Assembly (NCBI GenBank): GCA_964187785.1
Contig: OZ076409.1
Coordinates: 86,988,001-87,052,000 of the forward strand
Source of the DNA: Amphiscolops sp. MND2022
Taxonomy: Eukaryota
Length of the DNA stretch: 64,000 nt
Direction of reading: 5' to 3'
Shown in pieces: positions 35,701 through 47,300 of the stretch. Under the pieces are notes generated by a model that saw nothing but the letters and a program-made list of their open reading frames with translations, was not told the origin of the DNA and ran no database searches. Every line of letters begins with the position of its first letter. The first letter of the stretch is position 1. A program made the translations under genes and the position numbers.

Positions 35701-38700
35701 TGCCAAGACAAACTTGTCTGCCAGAGTTTCGCCACAGTGAACACCGTCCCGTGGCATGTCAGCTGGAATTGAATAGACATGTTGAGGCCCACTCAAAGAA
35801 TCGTATGTTCCGTTCAAAGTTAAATGGATCGGAATGGAGCTCAGAGTTTGTATTACGGTAGGGTCACGTTGCAAAAGTTGGTTCTCATATGAAATATAGA
35901 AGTAGTTCTTCAGTTGTTCTCTTATACTTGGTGACAAAGATTCAAAACCATGGGTCTCGTTGATTACATTCAAGAGTTTTACGAAGAAATCAGGATCATC
36001 GCGATCAGAGAACACTAAATTTGAAATGAACGAATATCTCGGGCCTCGTGTACGTGGATTGTACAATGAAGAAGTCAGAGCAAAAAAGCATTCGTAATTA
36101 CTTAGCTCTATCTTCACTGTTCCAATAAAGAGAGTGCCAAATTTCGGGAAAACGCAAATTCGTCCATGAGAGATAGGCACCAGAAAAAGGTTATTCCGCA
36201 CGTTTCTGCATAAAAGAATTGACAACTGATCCATGAATGGGTCCGTGTGTGCATGATTTTGACACAAATAATCCCATATATGACAAACCCATTGCTCCAG
36301 ATTTTCTATGGAAGGGATCCCAGTGATAGCGCTTGTAATTTCAATTGTTTGACCAATGCATACCAGAGGAAAAAATCTCCTTAGGTTCTCCATGAAATCA
36401 TTCAAGCCCATTTTACAACTTATGTTGAGTTCGCGCAGTTTCCGTTCAACATCTAAATCTAGTAACTGATCGGCTAGGTCGGGAAACACTTCCAACAAAC
36501 TCATATCATTACTGAACAGTCTAGTGCGTGTTGAGTTATCATACAAGGTCCCGCCCGCCGAAAGAAAGATAGGCAAAGAGTTTGTGTTGTTGTGATTGAT
36601 TATGCAATCATGCGCCCAATCAATGAAACACAGAAGTGTGGACTTGTCACTCAGGGGTGTTTCTCGAATCGACACTGGCGGGCGAACTTCTTGATTCAAA
36701 ACATTCAAAACATGAGAAGGCTCGATATCCTGCAGCCCCACATTACATTGCTGCCAAAGACGATAATGACATTCAGGAATTTTTGTCAAAGGTATCGACA
36801 ATCGAATGGCAAGGCAAATGAGTTTTGACAACGCTGATGGGTGCAAGTACATCGAAGCTTGCAGGCTAGTCAAGTTGAACACAGATTTGACCGAAAGAAA
36901 CCTTTGTAGAGAATTGTTTAAGGATAAACTGGGAACAAAGGGGTTGTTTCGCAGAGATTCAAGCAATCCTTTTGAAATGAAGTAAGTAATAGAATGATCA
37001 CTAATTATGTTGTTTCCACGTTTGAACGAAGGGAACATTGAAAGATACGTTTGAATTTCAAAATCCATTCCACCTTGATCCATGAGTGTAATAATATGTC
37101 GAACGAGGTTACCATATGCTGGTCCCACGATGTTTTGTAGTACATATGCATTCCAAAGTCCTTTCTGCTCAGACTGGTTAAGCTCAATCACTCTGCGGGA
37201 TTCGCCCAGGAAAAACTGTCCATTTACGAATACCGGCAATTTGATGGGTTCACTGTTTGCTGCGTGTGTCGTTTCTTCTATAGGCAAGTAACAGAAGAAC
37301 ATGCATCTTTCGATCTCTGAAATAAAATCTATGGGAAATGCCACTGCGCCGTGTCTTCGAGGAGGTGAATCATTTTGGGAATGCCAGTGGATCAGACTTC
37401 GGTCAGCAATAACTGATGACCCAACTTGTTCACTTATGAGCCACCTTTTCGATTCTTGTTCGAATCCTTCCAGTTGACACTCTATACGTACTTCATAGAG
37501 TGCAGATACAGCTGAAGGTCTGTTGATAGCATGGAGATCAACTTGATAATCTCTAACTTGACGTTTGAAACTAGACAGAGTAGACGTAAAATCATTAACA
37601 ATTTTATTGCAGACACAAAAGGTCTCCAAGCTTGATTCGTTCAAGAAAGAAACTTTGAGAGAAGTTAAGTTTTGTAGGAACATCAGAAGTTGTTGGGACT
37701 TCCTGGCTAACTGTTTCAATTTGGTTTTCATGTCTTCCACATTTGGTAGATGCCCAGATAGTTCTGATCGTCTCTTTCGTAACGGTAGTCTAAGCATAGT
37801 TTTGCCGTCTAAAGCATTCATGCATGGTTTTCCAACAAAGAAACCTGAGAAAGAGTCAGGAAAGTTGTTACGAAGATCCGGAGTGACCTCAATTCTACAA
37901 CCTTCTTGGTTTGTTAAAAAACAGCAAGGGTCCAGTACACACAAGTTTCCGTTACCCCGTCCATCGACTTGGGTCAGAAATGTGGGATAGTCTGTGAGTT
38001 TGTACACGCAATTGAAACCCACCCCAAACTTGCCAATCTTGGAGTTTGCGTTCCGTTTCGATCCTTGGCCCAATCTTTGGATACCTTCAATGTCTCCGGA
38101 TGTAAAGTAGGAGTTATTGAAAACTAACAAAGCTGGCTCCATCAACTGCTCCCATCCCATGTCCAAAACTCGGTTTTTCGGCAAGTTTCGCAAATCAAGA
38201 ATAAAATGAATTTCAGATGCACTTGCATCGTCTGCATTTTGAATGAGCTCTTTGAATATATCCATGTCATTGGAATAACTTTGCATGATTCGGCGCAGTC
38301 TGTTGCTCAACCTTTCGGACTGACAAAATGGTCTGAAAATTGAGGTGGTATGATTCTGTAAAATCATCTGACGCTTTGTACAGATTCCAAAATGTAAGGC
38401 CAGATCATGTGGTATCACGGCATGACAGTATTTCAACTGCCTGTTCAAAGAAGCAGTGGAGCTTCCTTGCAATTCATAATCATTCAAGCACAAATCATTC
38501 GCTTCATGCATGATTCCGTCAACGCCAGGAAATTTCACCTTTCTGTTGACTCTGTTGTTTCTCAAGAACTCCAAAATTGATCTCACTTCGATAACTTGTT
38601 CCTCGGTAATTCTTGTAAGACTATTGAGAACATCAACGTACTTCGAGGTAGAAAAAAACTTTTGTACTCCGCAAGAAGTCAAGAGAGATGATGCCTTATT

Positions 38701-39122
38701 ATCCGCCGCGATAACTGTGTCGACCGCATAGAGATGGCCGTTCAACGTAGGACTATTCTGAGTTAGGCAAATTTGCGACGACTTGCAGAAAATCCGTTCT
38801 TTGTTAGAAGGAATCAATGTGTGATTTTGAACTTCAATGGCAAATGATTGCACGTAGGTTCGATGATTATTTTGGATGTATGAAAGAATGTTGACAACGG
38901 TTTCACATTTCTCAGAGAAAGTCTTTTCCATGTTGTTAACGACAGCTTTCAAATTGGCTAACAAAACAACGTACGGTGGTTTTTTGTATAATACCAGAGC
39001 TTTGTTGAAGAAGCTGTTTTGATGAACTCCGAGCCGGGAGAAGTCACAGGTCGAAAACAGACAAGACACAAGGATATGTATTTCCTGCTGGTAAACGTCT
39101 TCGTGTGGTTTCAATTCGGTCC
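32710..39122 (-). CDS. SACS: Sacsin-like protein, giant internal exon (6413 bp)
   Basis: Sacsin repeat with HSP90-like ATPase motifs Q.E.L..RL..I..SY, KELIQNADDA, NNSYFT, KIGKFGVGFNCVY, LPVFVNGQF and WN; start of HEPN (WLKQASEDL). Acceptor TTTTTGTTTAG at 39123-39124 and donor GTAAGT at 32709. Confidence 0.92.
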
Positions 39123-39401
39123 CTAAACAAAAATTTATTCAGCATGCCAAATAGATGGCAAACTTCCCAAGTTATTATTTTCAAAGGTTTTTGAAAGTCT
39201 CCTAGTATAATTGTACCGGTGTATCTGGTTTACTTGCTAAATGTCTGGTAATTGTCATCCACAAAAATGGAGAATTGATCCCGATAACAAATGGTAAATA
39301 TGTACTTACTCTAAGTATTCGAGTTGGAACGTATGGAAACGTAAGTTGAAGTAATTTAATTCGAATCCATGTTTTTTGAAAGTTCCGAAACCACAACTCA
39401 G

Positions 39402-39598
39402 AAAAATAAAGTTAAGATGGCGAATTATTTGTTTTGAACGAGACAATAAGTTTTTTTTGAAAAATTGCAAGTTCAGTTTTTTGGACTGAAACTAATTCCA
39501 AAAATAAAGTTAAGATGGCGAATTATTTGTTTTGAACGAGACAATAAGTTTTTTTTGAAAAATTGCAAGTTCAGTTTTTTGGACTGAAACTAATTCCA
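39402..39598. repeat. Perfect 98-bp tandem duplication
   Basis: AAAAATAAAGTTAAGATGGCG...CTAATTCC occurs at 39402 and again at 39500. Confidence 0.9.
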
Positions 39599-39705
39599 AT
39601 CAAACCCATGAAAACATCACCATTCCATCTAGAGAATTGCAGGACGCACGCCGGAGCTAAGACAATTTTCTATAGGGTCTCTGGCTAACTCTCGGGTCCA
39701 TATTC

Positions 39706-39965
39706 TTAGTCGGTGCTTTTCATAGAAAGACTTGCAGAATTTTTATACGTTCCCCCGATGAACAACATTTATCTGATTTTCACAAACGTAACGTTTTTTC
39801 GGCACTGTGCAACTCTTTATCGAACCTTCGTTTTTGAACTTCAACAAGTAGCCCCCCCGTCAATTTTGAAGTTTTCGGTTTCAGAAAAGCGTTTAAAGGG
39901 CCTGAAGAGCAAAAAATTGTATTGAACTTCAAGCGGGCGCCAACTTGGGCCGTTCCCGGCTTGTT
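39706..39965 (+). mobile_element. Short Helentron/DINE-1-like repeat
   Basis: TTAGTCGGTGCT start and GGCGCCAACTTGGGCCGTTCCCGGCTTGTT end. Confidence 0.6.
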
Positions 39966-40269
39966 ATCTAATAACAAGGTTCAGATAGTAAGTGCCCTAC
40001 TATATTGATATTACTACAAACTAAGTTTTATCAACAAATTCACCATATACAAGGGTCGGAACGACTAGTGGTCGCGGTAGCTAGCGTCCTTCTCTTCTGT
40101 TACTAGAGGCTCTCAGTTGACGCTTTTTTTGAAGTAGTTAATTCATCAATTATCACTTTATATCAGTGAAGCGTTTCTCAAGTTTAACTATTTTGTGCTC
40201 TCCTGTTCGTTCCTCAAAATGCTAAGCATCAATCTCGTAATTCAGATCATTTGGAAAAACATTTTGTAC

Positions 40270-40911
40270 CTTCAAACACCCACGAGCTTTTCAGATGTGA
40301 CCGAAGCTCTACAAATTCGAAAAAAAGGGCGGTGGTGTAATGCTCTTTGTATCTTTGAAACTTGCTCCGAGGGAACGAAAAGATCTAAACCTTTTTGATA
40401 AAACTAAATTCGACTCCATCTGGGTAGAATGCAGGAATGATTTCTCAAAAAATTGCAAGAAAACCATGTTGATTAACGTAACTCATAATCCTATCAAACA
40501 ATTTCAAAATGATTTTCTTGAACATTTAGAAACAAATATAGACAACTCCACGTGCGAAACTGCAAACATCACAATGATGGGCGATTACAATTTAGACTAC
40601 CTCACCCCACTTGAACGGGAAAACCTAGAAACAGTCATATTACCATATGGGTTCTTCGTAGATAACCCAAATTTACCTACGCGTGTCTGTAAAACTACAA
40701 AAACACACATTGACTATATAATAGCTGAAAACATCTTTGACTGTATATGCTTTGTGTTTAATAGTCCTTTTAAAACAGATCATTTTGGCTCAGTAGTTTT
40801 TACAAACGTTTTCGCTGAAAAACAGAAGTTCACAATCTTGCAAAAGTTTCATTTGAGTACTTACCAAAAAGCCGCTTTCTGTCTGTCACTATCAAATATC
40901 CCATGGTTTAG
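40270..40911 (+). pseudogene. CR1/L2-type LINE ORF2, endonuclease part, interrupted by the Gypsy insertion
   Basis: FRCDR..GGV, SIWVE, MGDYN, PTRV...IDYI and TDH motifs of the APE endonuclease. Confidence 0.88.
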
Positions 40912-43288
40912 TGTTACGACATGCTATCGGGTCGTTTTGGGTAGAACTTATCCTCACTGATTTTGTAGGAGTATAGAAACTTCTTGTTTCCTCCTCTACC
41001 TCTTCCTCAGTATTCTCCCTGATACTTCCCCTTGTTTCAGGTTTCAAGAGTTTCAACATTTCCTTCTGAGATTCGACAAGAAGATTCTTGATCTCTGACG
41101 TTATTTCCTCCTTTAAGGAAGCCCTCAAGCTTTCAAAGAGACTATTCTCAATCCGGGGGGATTTTGGTTTAGAAGGCCCCGCTACCTCATCGTCCTGATT
41201 CAAAGAACAAGGATTTCCTACTACTATGGGTGAAATCAAGCCTTCACTTACGTTCTCACTGGTGTTTTGCTGATCGTTCCTTCTTTTTAGGCTTCTTGTT
41301 ATTGACATTTTGTAGAAAAGTATGAACTTGAAGAATTGAATTTCTTTCAAAGATTTTTCTGACAAAGTAGAACAAGGCAAGAGTGAAATTGAAAATTCAA
41401 CTGAATTGTACAATTGCAAAAGACTGAGTCCCTTAATCATCAAATCCTATCATATTTATACCCTCCCAGCATCATTTGATCACGACTACAATCCCTAATT
41501 TCCTTCGAACAATTAGTCATTTCCTGTTTTATTGATGAAAAAATCACGAAGTTCCCAAATTTGCGCTGACATTTCGTCGATTTTTAAGACACGACAACTT
41601 TAAACTAGTATTAGTCATCAAACATGATCATATCATTTCATCCCGGCGTCCTTTTGCTTCTCCCAAGCAGGAAGTAGATATTACTTCAGTCTGTCAAACC
41701 GGAAATGCTTCCCTGTTTTACTGCTTTGGTTCGCGGGAAATTGACGCTGAGATGACGCTGACGTGAACAACAAATACTTGATTTTGAATTTCGCTTTGAT
41801 AAAAATGCTATGACTAATTCCAAAATAGGAATATTTGAACGATGCTAAGACGATATTTTATGAATTTGGATTCAATCTTTTGCTAGAGATGGGAATGAAA
41901 TCATGATATGAAAATAATACTTTGTTAGCAACTTTGTCATGTCGTGTCAAACACGACAAGATTTACAAAATTAACAACAACGTTTGTTAAATAACAACAC
42001 CAACACAACGTAAACAACTGGACAGCAACGGATGTACTAATATAGAAAAACATGATCACAATCACAAGTACAGCGTTCAATGTTGTAGAGTACAAAAATG
42101 CAAAATATATGAAAAATACATTTCTGGTACACAATATGCTTTTAGTTGGAGAGAATAAACTGTGACTTCCTAATTAATCTACTGTGAGATCTTGTAATAA
42201 GATGGTTTATACGCGGAATTTCCTTTATCGTTAAGAGTACATGATTGTTACTTAACGTGGGGTTGAAATTATCCTATATGTGCCAAAACGCATTCTAAAT
42301 TGGGACCTTAAACCATGGAAAATCAACAATGTATTCGTTATACAATTTGCAACAGTCTGCAATTTCCTCTCCTTAAGAAATAACGGCATTTGCGCGATGA
42401 AAACTTGACTAAATTCGGCAAATTCATTCACTTTATTCAATTTCATAAACTTGTCAACGTCATGTTGACGAGTTTTCTTGGCAGAATTCAAGCTTCATAA
42501 ACTTGTCAACGTCATGTTGACGAGTTTTCTTGGCAGAATAGAGATTTTGACTAGTTTGACGCAATGCTGACGAGTATTTTAGAAATGAATCTCTCGCTAG
42601 CTGCCGGTGCAGTGACGTCACAGTGGCGGTAAATTGGAATGATTCCTAGCAATGTTATTAGTATAGGCGGATAATTGGAATGATTTGCTGGTACGCGTAT
42701 GCGAGGCAGTGACGTCAATTGGTATGCCTTCAAACTTGTCTGCGTCCTACTGACGACAAATATACATGTATTCTTATTTCTTTTGCCGCTTTGTTTACTC
42801 AGCGCAGTATTGACGTCCTAAATCACCTTAATTGCTGTTCAAAGAGTAATTAAGCTGCCTTTCTAAGAAAAGGGCTTAAACCAATCGGTGTGTCATCTCA
42901 GTGTACTTTCTATTTTAGATCTGATTAATGTTCTTTTAGAAGATGATTTTGACTACGTTTTCATTTAGATTAGACTATGCTTTCTTTGTTTTAGAATGTA
43001 ATTCAATTTAGTTTCCAGGTGGCGAATGTTGCTATTTTGACGTGACAAACGCGTCTTACCGGAAATGCGTGAAATCATTTTGGTTCATTTTGTTCTCTGT
43101 TTTCATTTCCAGTTGAAATTTGCGCAGTTTAGTTGTACTTTCGCATTTCTAGTCACAGTTTATTTCAAGAATGAAGTTTTGGAGTTACCAGTTGAAATAA
43201 GATTTGGGGAATCTCAGATTACCTCCGTGTCCTCTCCCGATCTTCAGTCGTCTGCAACCACAAGCCAGACCGGGAGCGGGCTGTGACA
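40912..43288 (-). repeat. 3' LTR (2377 bp)
   Basis: Direct repeat of 54662-57039; contains a duplicated 52-bp hairpin-bearing unit near 42442-42540. Confidence 0.97.
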
Positions 43289-43883
43289 GGGCCGCACTAG
43301 TAGGAAGATTGACGCTGCCCGGGGCTCTGAGTTGTGAAGCAATTGTCGGAAAAGTGGCGACTGTCTGTACTCTCCTCTCCAAATCGTTTAAAGGGCTTGC
43401 CTGCAAGAAACTTATCATCTTTGGCGTTCCCGGCGGGGTGTTGAAGTAAGAAGAGGCGTCTTCCTGGTGTACTTTTTCGAGATATTCTGCTACTTTACTG
43501 CTCGTTGTCGACTCTTTATCGTCTGTTGAGGGTTCAACAACAAATATGTCAGATGACAAACTCTCATCAGGGCTCTCTGGAGAGTCGGCCATTACTACCT
43601 CTTCGGGACTTTCCGATTGTGGGTATTGACCCGATTCCACAGTTTCGAAGCTCGTGCTGAGTTTCATTCTTTTGCATTCAGCTTCCAGGGAGTCTAAAGA
43701 GAGGTCGAGAAATTCTTCCTCATCTGCAGTAGCTTCTGCAGACGAGTTCAGTATTTCGACAATTATTCTGGGATATTCTTTGTTGGCCCTAGGTAGCGGG
43801 GTAGAAGCCCTCGTGATCTCACCTTCCTCTTCGCTTGACGACGAGATGTCGATCAATTCGTAAATATCTAGTAGAATATTCAT
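43185..43883 (-). CDS. Sense accessory ORF (232 aa from ATG), acidic and Ser-rich, running into the 3' LTR
   Basis: Open frame 44009-43185; first ATG at 43883 (MNILLD); LIDISSSSEEE and KRMK motifs. Confidence 0.55.
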   Translation of the reverse strand: MNILLDIYELIDISSSSEEEGEITRASTPLPRANKEYPRIIVEILNSSAEATADEEEFLDLSLDSLEAECKRMKLSTSFETVESGQYPQSESPEEVVMADSPESPDESLSSDIFVVEPSTDDKESTTSSKVAEYLEKVHQEDASSYFNTPPGTPKMISFLQASPLNDLERRVQTVATFPTIASQLRAPGSVNLPTSAALSQPAPGLACGCRRLKIGRGHGGNLRFPKSYFNW

Positions 43884-44039
43884 CTTCTTTGTGAGATTTC
43901 TTTTCTTTCGCAGCTGTCGTTTGTATTTGATTGTTCCACAATGAATTTCAGCTTTATTAGGATTAAGGAAAGTATTGGAAAAATCCCTCCATTTTGATTG
44001 GCAGTTCAATCATTTTAATCCTTTTTAATCTTCAGATAT

Positions 44040-44365
44040 TGACGTTATGTCAGCATTGCATTTTATTGGCTGTAAATTGGAATAATTTACTTGGCCAAAT
44101 TTGTCAACGTTATGCTGACGTCATTTTCGTTAGCTTAGCTAACTTTTGATTTTGTCACCGTTTTGATGACGTCATTTTAGGATATAGGATTAATTTCTTA
44201 ACCCTGATAACCTTTTTGTCGACGTTATGCCGACGTCAATTTCGTTGGTTATTAGCCAACTTTCATTTTTGTCACCGTTTTGATGACGCCATTTTAGGGT
44301 ATCGGATTAATTTCTTAACCCAGATAACCTTTTTGTCGACGTTATGCCGACGTCAATTTCGGCTG
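44040..44365. promoter_or_regulatory. Putative bidirectional promoter with 117-bp tandem repeats and CRE-like sites
   Basis: About 2.2 copies of a 117-bp unit; TGACGTCA/CGACGTCA palindromes; lies between divergent ATGs at 43883 (-) and 44391 (+). Confidence 0.5.
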
Positions 44366-44390
44366 TTTTTTCAGATCCCAGCTGTTTTGT

Positions 44391-47300
44391 ATGGATCAGA
44401 ATCCTCCTTCCCTTCAGCGTGATACCGGAGCTCAGAGTGGTAATGAAACTCAGTTTGTTTTCTCTGAGGGGGACATCTACCAGAGTGATGGGGATGTCAT
44501 TCGTCGGCAAGCAACAGGTGAGCTTATTCTTCCCCGGTCCATTAGGCTTTTATGAATAATACTACTCTCAGATAGGCCTTTTCTGTTTCGTATTTTCACA
44601 GCTTAGATTTTCTGACGCGTCAACACGGGATTGTTTTGTTTGTTGCTAGATCCGACTCCTTCACCTCCTCTGGCTGGTGGTTCTGTCGCTGAGTTGAGGG
44701 CTTCTCTCCCTGGTGACCTCTCTGGAATTAGTCTCGAGCCTCTCGCAGAGTCAACACATGGGGGTGGTGAGATAGTGACTGAGGTTTCTCCTCCCGCTGC
44801 TTCGGTCCTTCCTACGTGTTGTTCTGAAGATTCAGACGTTCCTCTGGCGGCTCTTGCTAAGGTGGCCAACGCGGTCGACAAGATGGACTCTCGCGGAGGT
44901 GAGGGGTTATCCCCCCCTGCTCAGAGAAATGCTGAAGGGCAGAAAACTGTTTCTCCTCGATTCTCATCGTTTCTTCGTCGAAAGAGAACGGAAGGAAGTT
45001 CCGGCGGCGGAGGGACCAAAGTCAAACGTGGTGAGTTGTCGTATTGTTGCTTTGATATTTATATGATATTTGTGTTTTCTCATGTAGGTCAATTGTCATT
45101 GGCGTGTTTCTGTGGTTATGTCCTTCTCTTGTCGCTTTGTTATGTGAAGAGGTATTATGTCTCAACTGTAACTAACTTGTTGTAGTGCAATTGATGATTC
45201 CCGGCGGGAGCGGGTCAGAGATGCGATCAGCGTCAGAACAGCCTGCTGAGACTGTTTTCCAGTTTGGCGCTCCGAAAATTCGGTTCAGTGTGGACGACAG
45301 TGACAATGAGCAGGGCATTAGTGGTGTGCTGCCTCTTACACCCGCAAAGCAAGTCGGGGTGTCGTCTGGAGGACTTTCCGACGTAGAAGGACATGCCTTG
45401 GATCCGTTCGTTGCACGTAAGTTCAGTTGGATTGGTGGAGTTATTTTGATATTCTTTTCGTCTGTTGATAGATGTTAGGCATCTTTTTCCTTCTTTTCCC
45501 TTTTTTCTCTTTTCCTCTTTTTTTCTTCTTTTTTTTCGGGTGGCGTACGTCTTCTAATTGAGTTTCATGATGCCAGAGTTTGGTTGTTACAGGGTTTGAG
45601 GAGCTAATCAGCCGTATGGAGACGACCTTGGAGTGTGCCGATCGTGGTCGTAAGCGAGTGTACAGCCCTCGGAATCGTCTTCGTCGTGATATGGTCACTG
45701 GCAATCCGATATATGAGCTCTTTGTCAGTGGTTCCAGCACTGGTTCTGCTAAGATGTTTCACTGCATGATTTGCCAGCGGGACGTGTCCATGGAGTCACG
45801 TGGGGCAGCAGAGTTCAGTCGTCACTTCTTCGGAAAACGGCACTGGTTGCTGGATGTGACCTATCGTGTTCAAAATGGTCTGCCGGTATTTAATCGTCTG
45901 ATGGACCCAATGGTGCTCAGTGACGCTCAGCTGGAGGAATATCGCAATCGACCTAACAAAGGGAAAAATGAGGGGTTCAGTTTTCCTGAGGACTTGCTCC
46001 CTGCCTGTGTGCAAGCCGATTCCAGTGTGCCCCTGATGTCAATGGTGAACTGTCTGATCGAGCTGTTGCGGTTTGGCGGCAGTTACCTTCTGTTGCGAAG
46101 ATTGTGGGGGTGTTTCCGGGCGATACTGGGTCCCGAGAACCCACTATACAATGTGCACTGGAGTCGTCCTGAGTCATTGGTTAGTAAGTCAAAGTGTCCG
46201 GCAGTTTAGTTTTTGTTATTCATGAGGGGGGGTTTGTATGTAGAGTGCGCAGGCTCATCTTTGTATCGGGCCTCATGTGTTGGAAAGAAAAAAAAATTTT
46301 TGTGTTTTAGTCGCTGATCTGCCAGGCTTTGTTCCCTCGTGTGTTGCGTTCCTTGTTCGCTCGAATTGGCGCTTTCCGAGAGTACAGTATTTCCTTCGTG
46401 GAGAGCGATGGGTACCACAAGTGTTTCGTGCAGACCGTTGATGAGCATACCCTGATGAGCATTTGTGTGAGGGTTGAGGCTTCTGGGCAACGCATTCCCG
46501 AGGCTGACTTGGCTGGTTTGTCACGTGTCATTGATAGCACTGCGTCATGCCAGATGCCTTTGTCATGTCAGGGCTGTAGTCCTACCTTGTTGAGGATTCT
46601 AAGTGACAATCGCGTTGACGGGCGAGAGTTTCTGATGTATCGGGAATTCACTGTGGACGTCTTCTTGCATTGCTATCAGCTCGCGCATCAGGAGGTTTTT
46701 GGTGGACTGGAAACAACTGCCATGGTGGACTTTTTGATGCTGCGCTTGCGGGGTGCAATTCAAGAGCCCTGGTGCGAGAGTACGTTGTGTCTCCGACGAT
46801 GCATCATTGCTGGGCATGTCAAATTCGCTGATCTACGAGGTGTAGTTGCTGACTTGATCTCAGTGTGGTCGTCTGTTCAGGATTTTGTGAGACACACTGG
46901 ACCCCGACATTTCAAAACTGCTGCTGGCCGGGTAATGATTTTGTCTTGTTTGCGTAACTGATCGTTTCGTATATTGTTGTTCTCACAGGTATAGGTGTTG
47001 TTGATTGTTGGCGATTTGTTGTTGTAGATGCGTGGCACTGACTGGCATGTGTACTCTGAGGCTACTGGAGGGTTGCACCTGGGTCTTCTTCTGCATGTGC
47101 TTGAACTTCGTGAGTATGCTGTTGTGGTGTATCATATTTGCAGTTCGCGATATAGTGGTATTTGTGTGATGTTCATGCGTAGTATTGCGTGGGGGTGAAG
47201 GAAAAAATGGCTAGTGCCGAGTATGATGGTGTGTCTTGTGTTTCAGATTCCTGTTCGTTCAAGAAGCAGTCCTCAGGGCGAAGTGATTATGGTTTCCATG

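Noticed and set aside
39311..39400. Upstream sacsin coding exon ending at a GTAAGT donor (39310)
   Set aside because: Splicing it to 39122 gives a stop in all three phases; it could only be non-coding or decayed.
41937..43286. Short ORFs duplicated at 55688-57037 (and at 20596/25602)
   Set aside because: They are duplicated only because they lie in LTRs; they have non-ATG starts and no recognisable domains.
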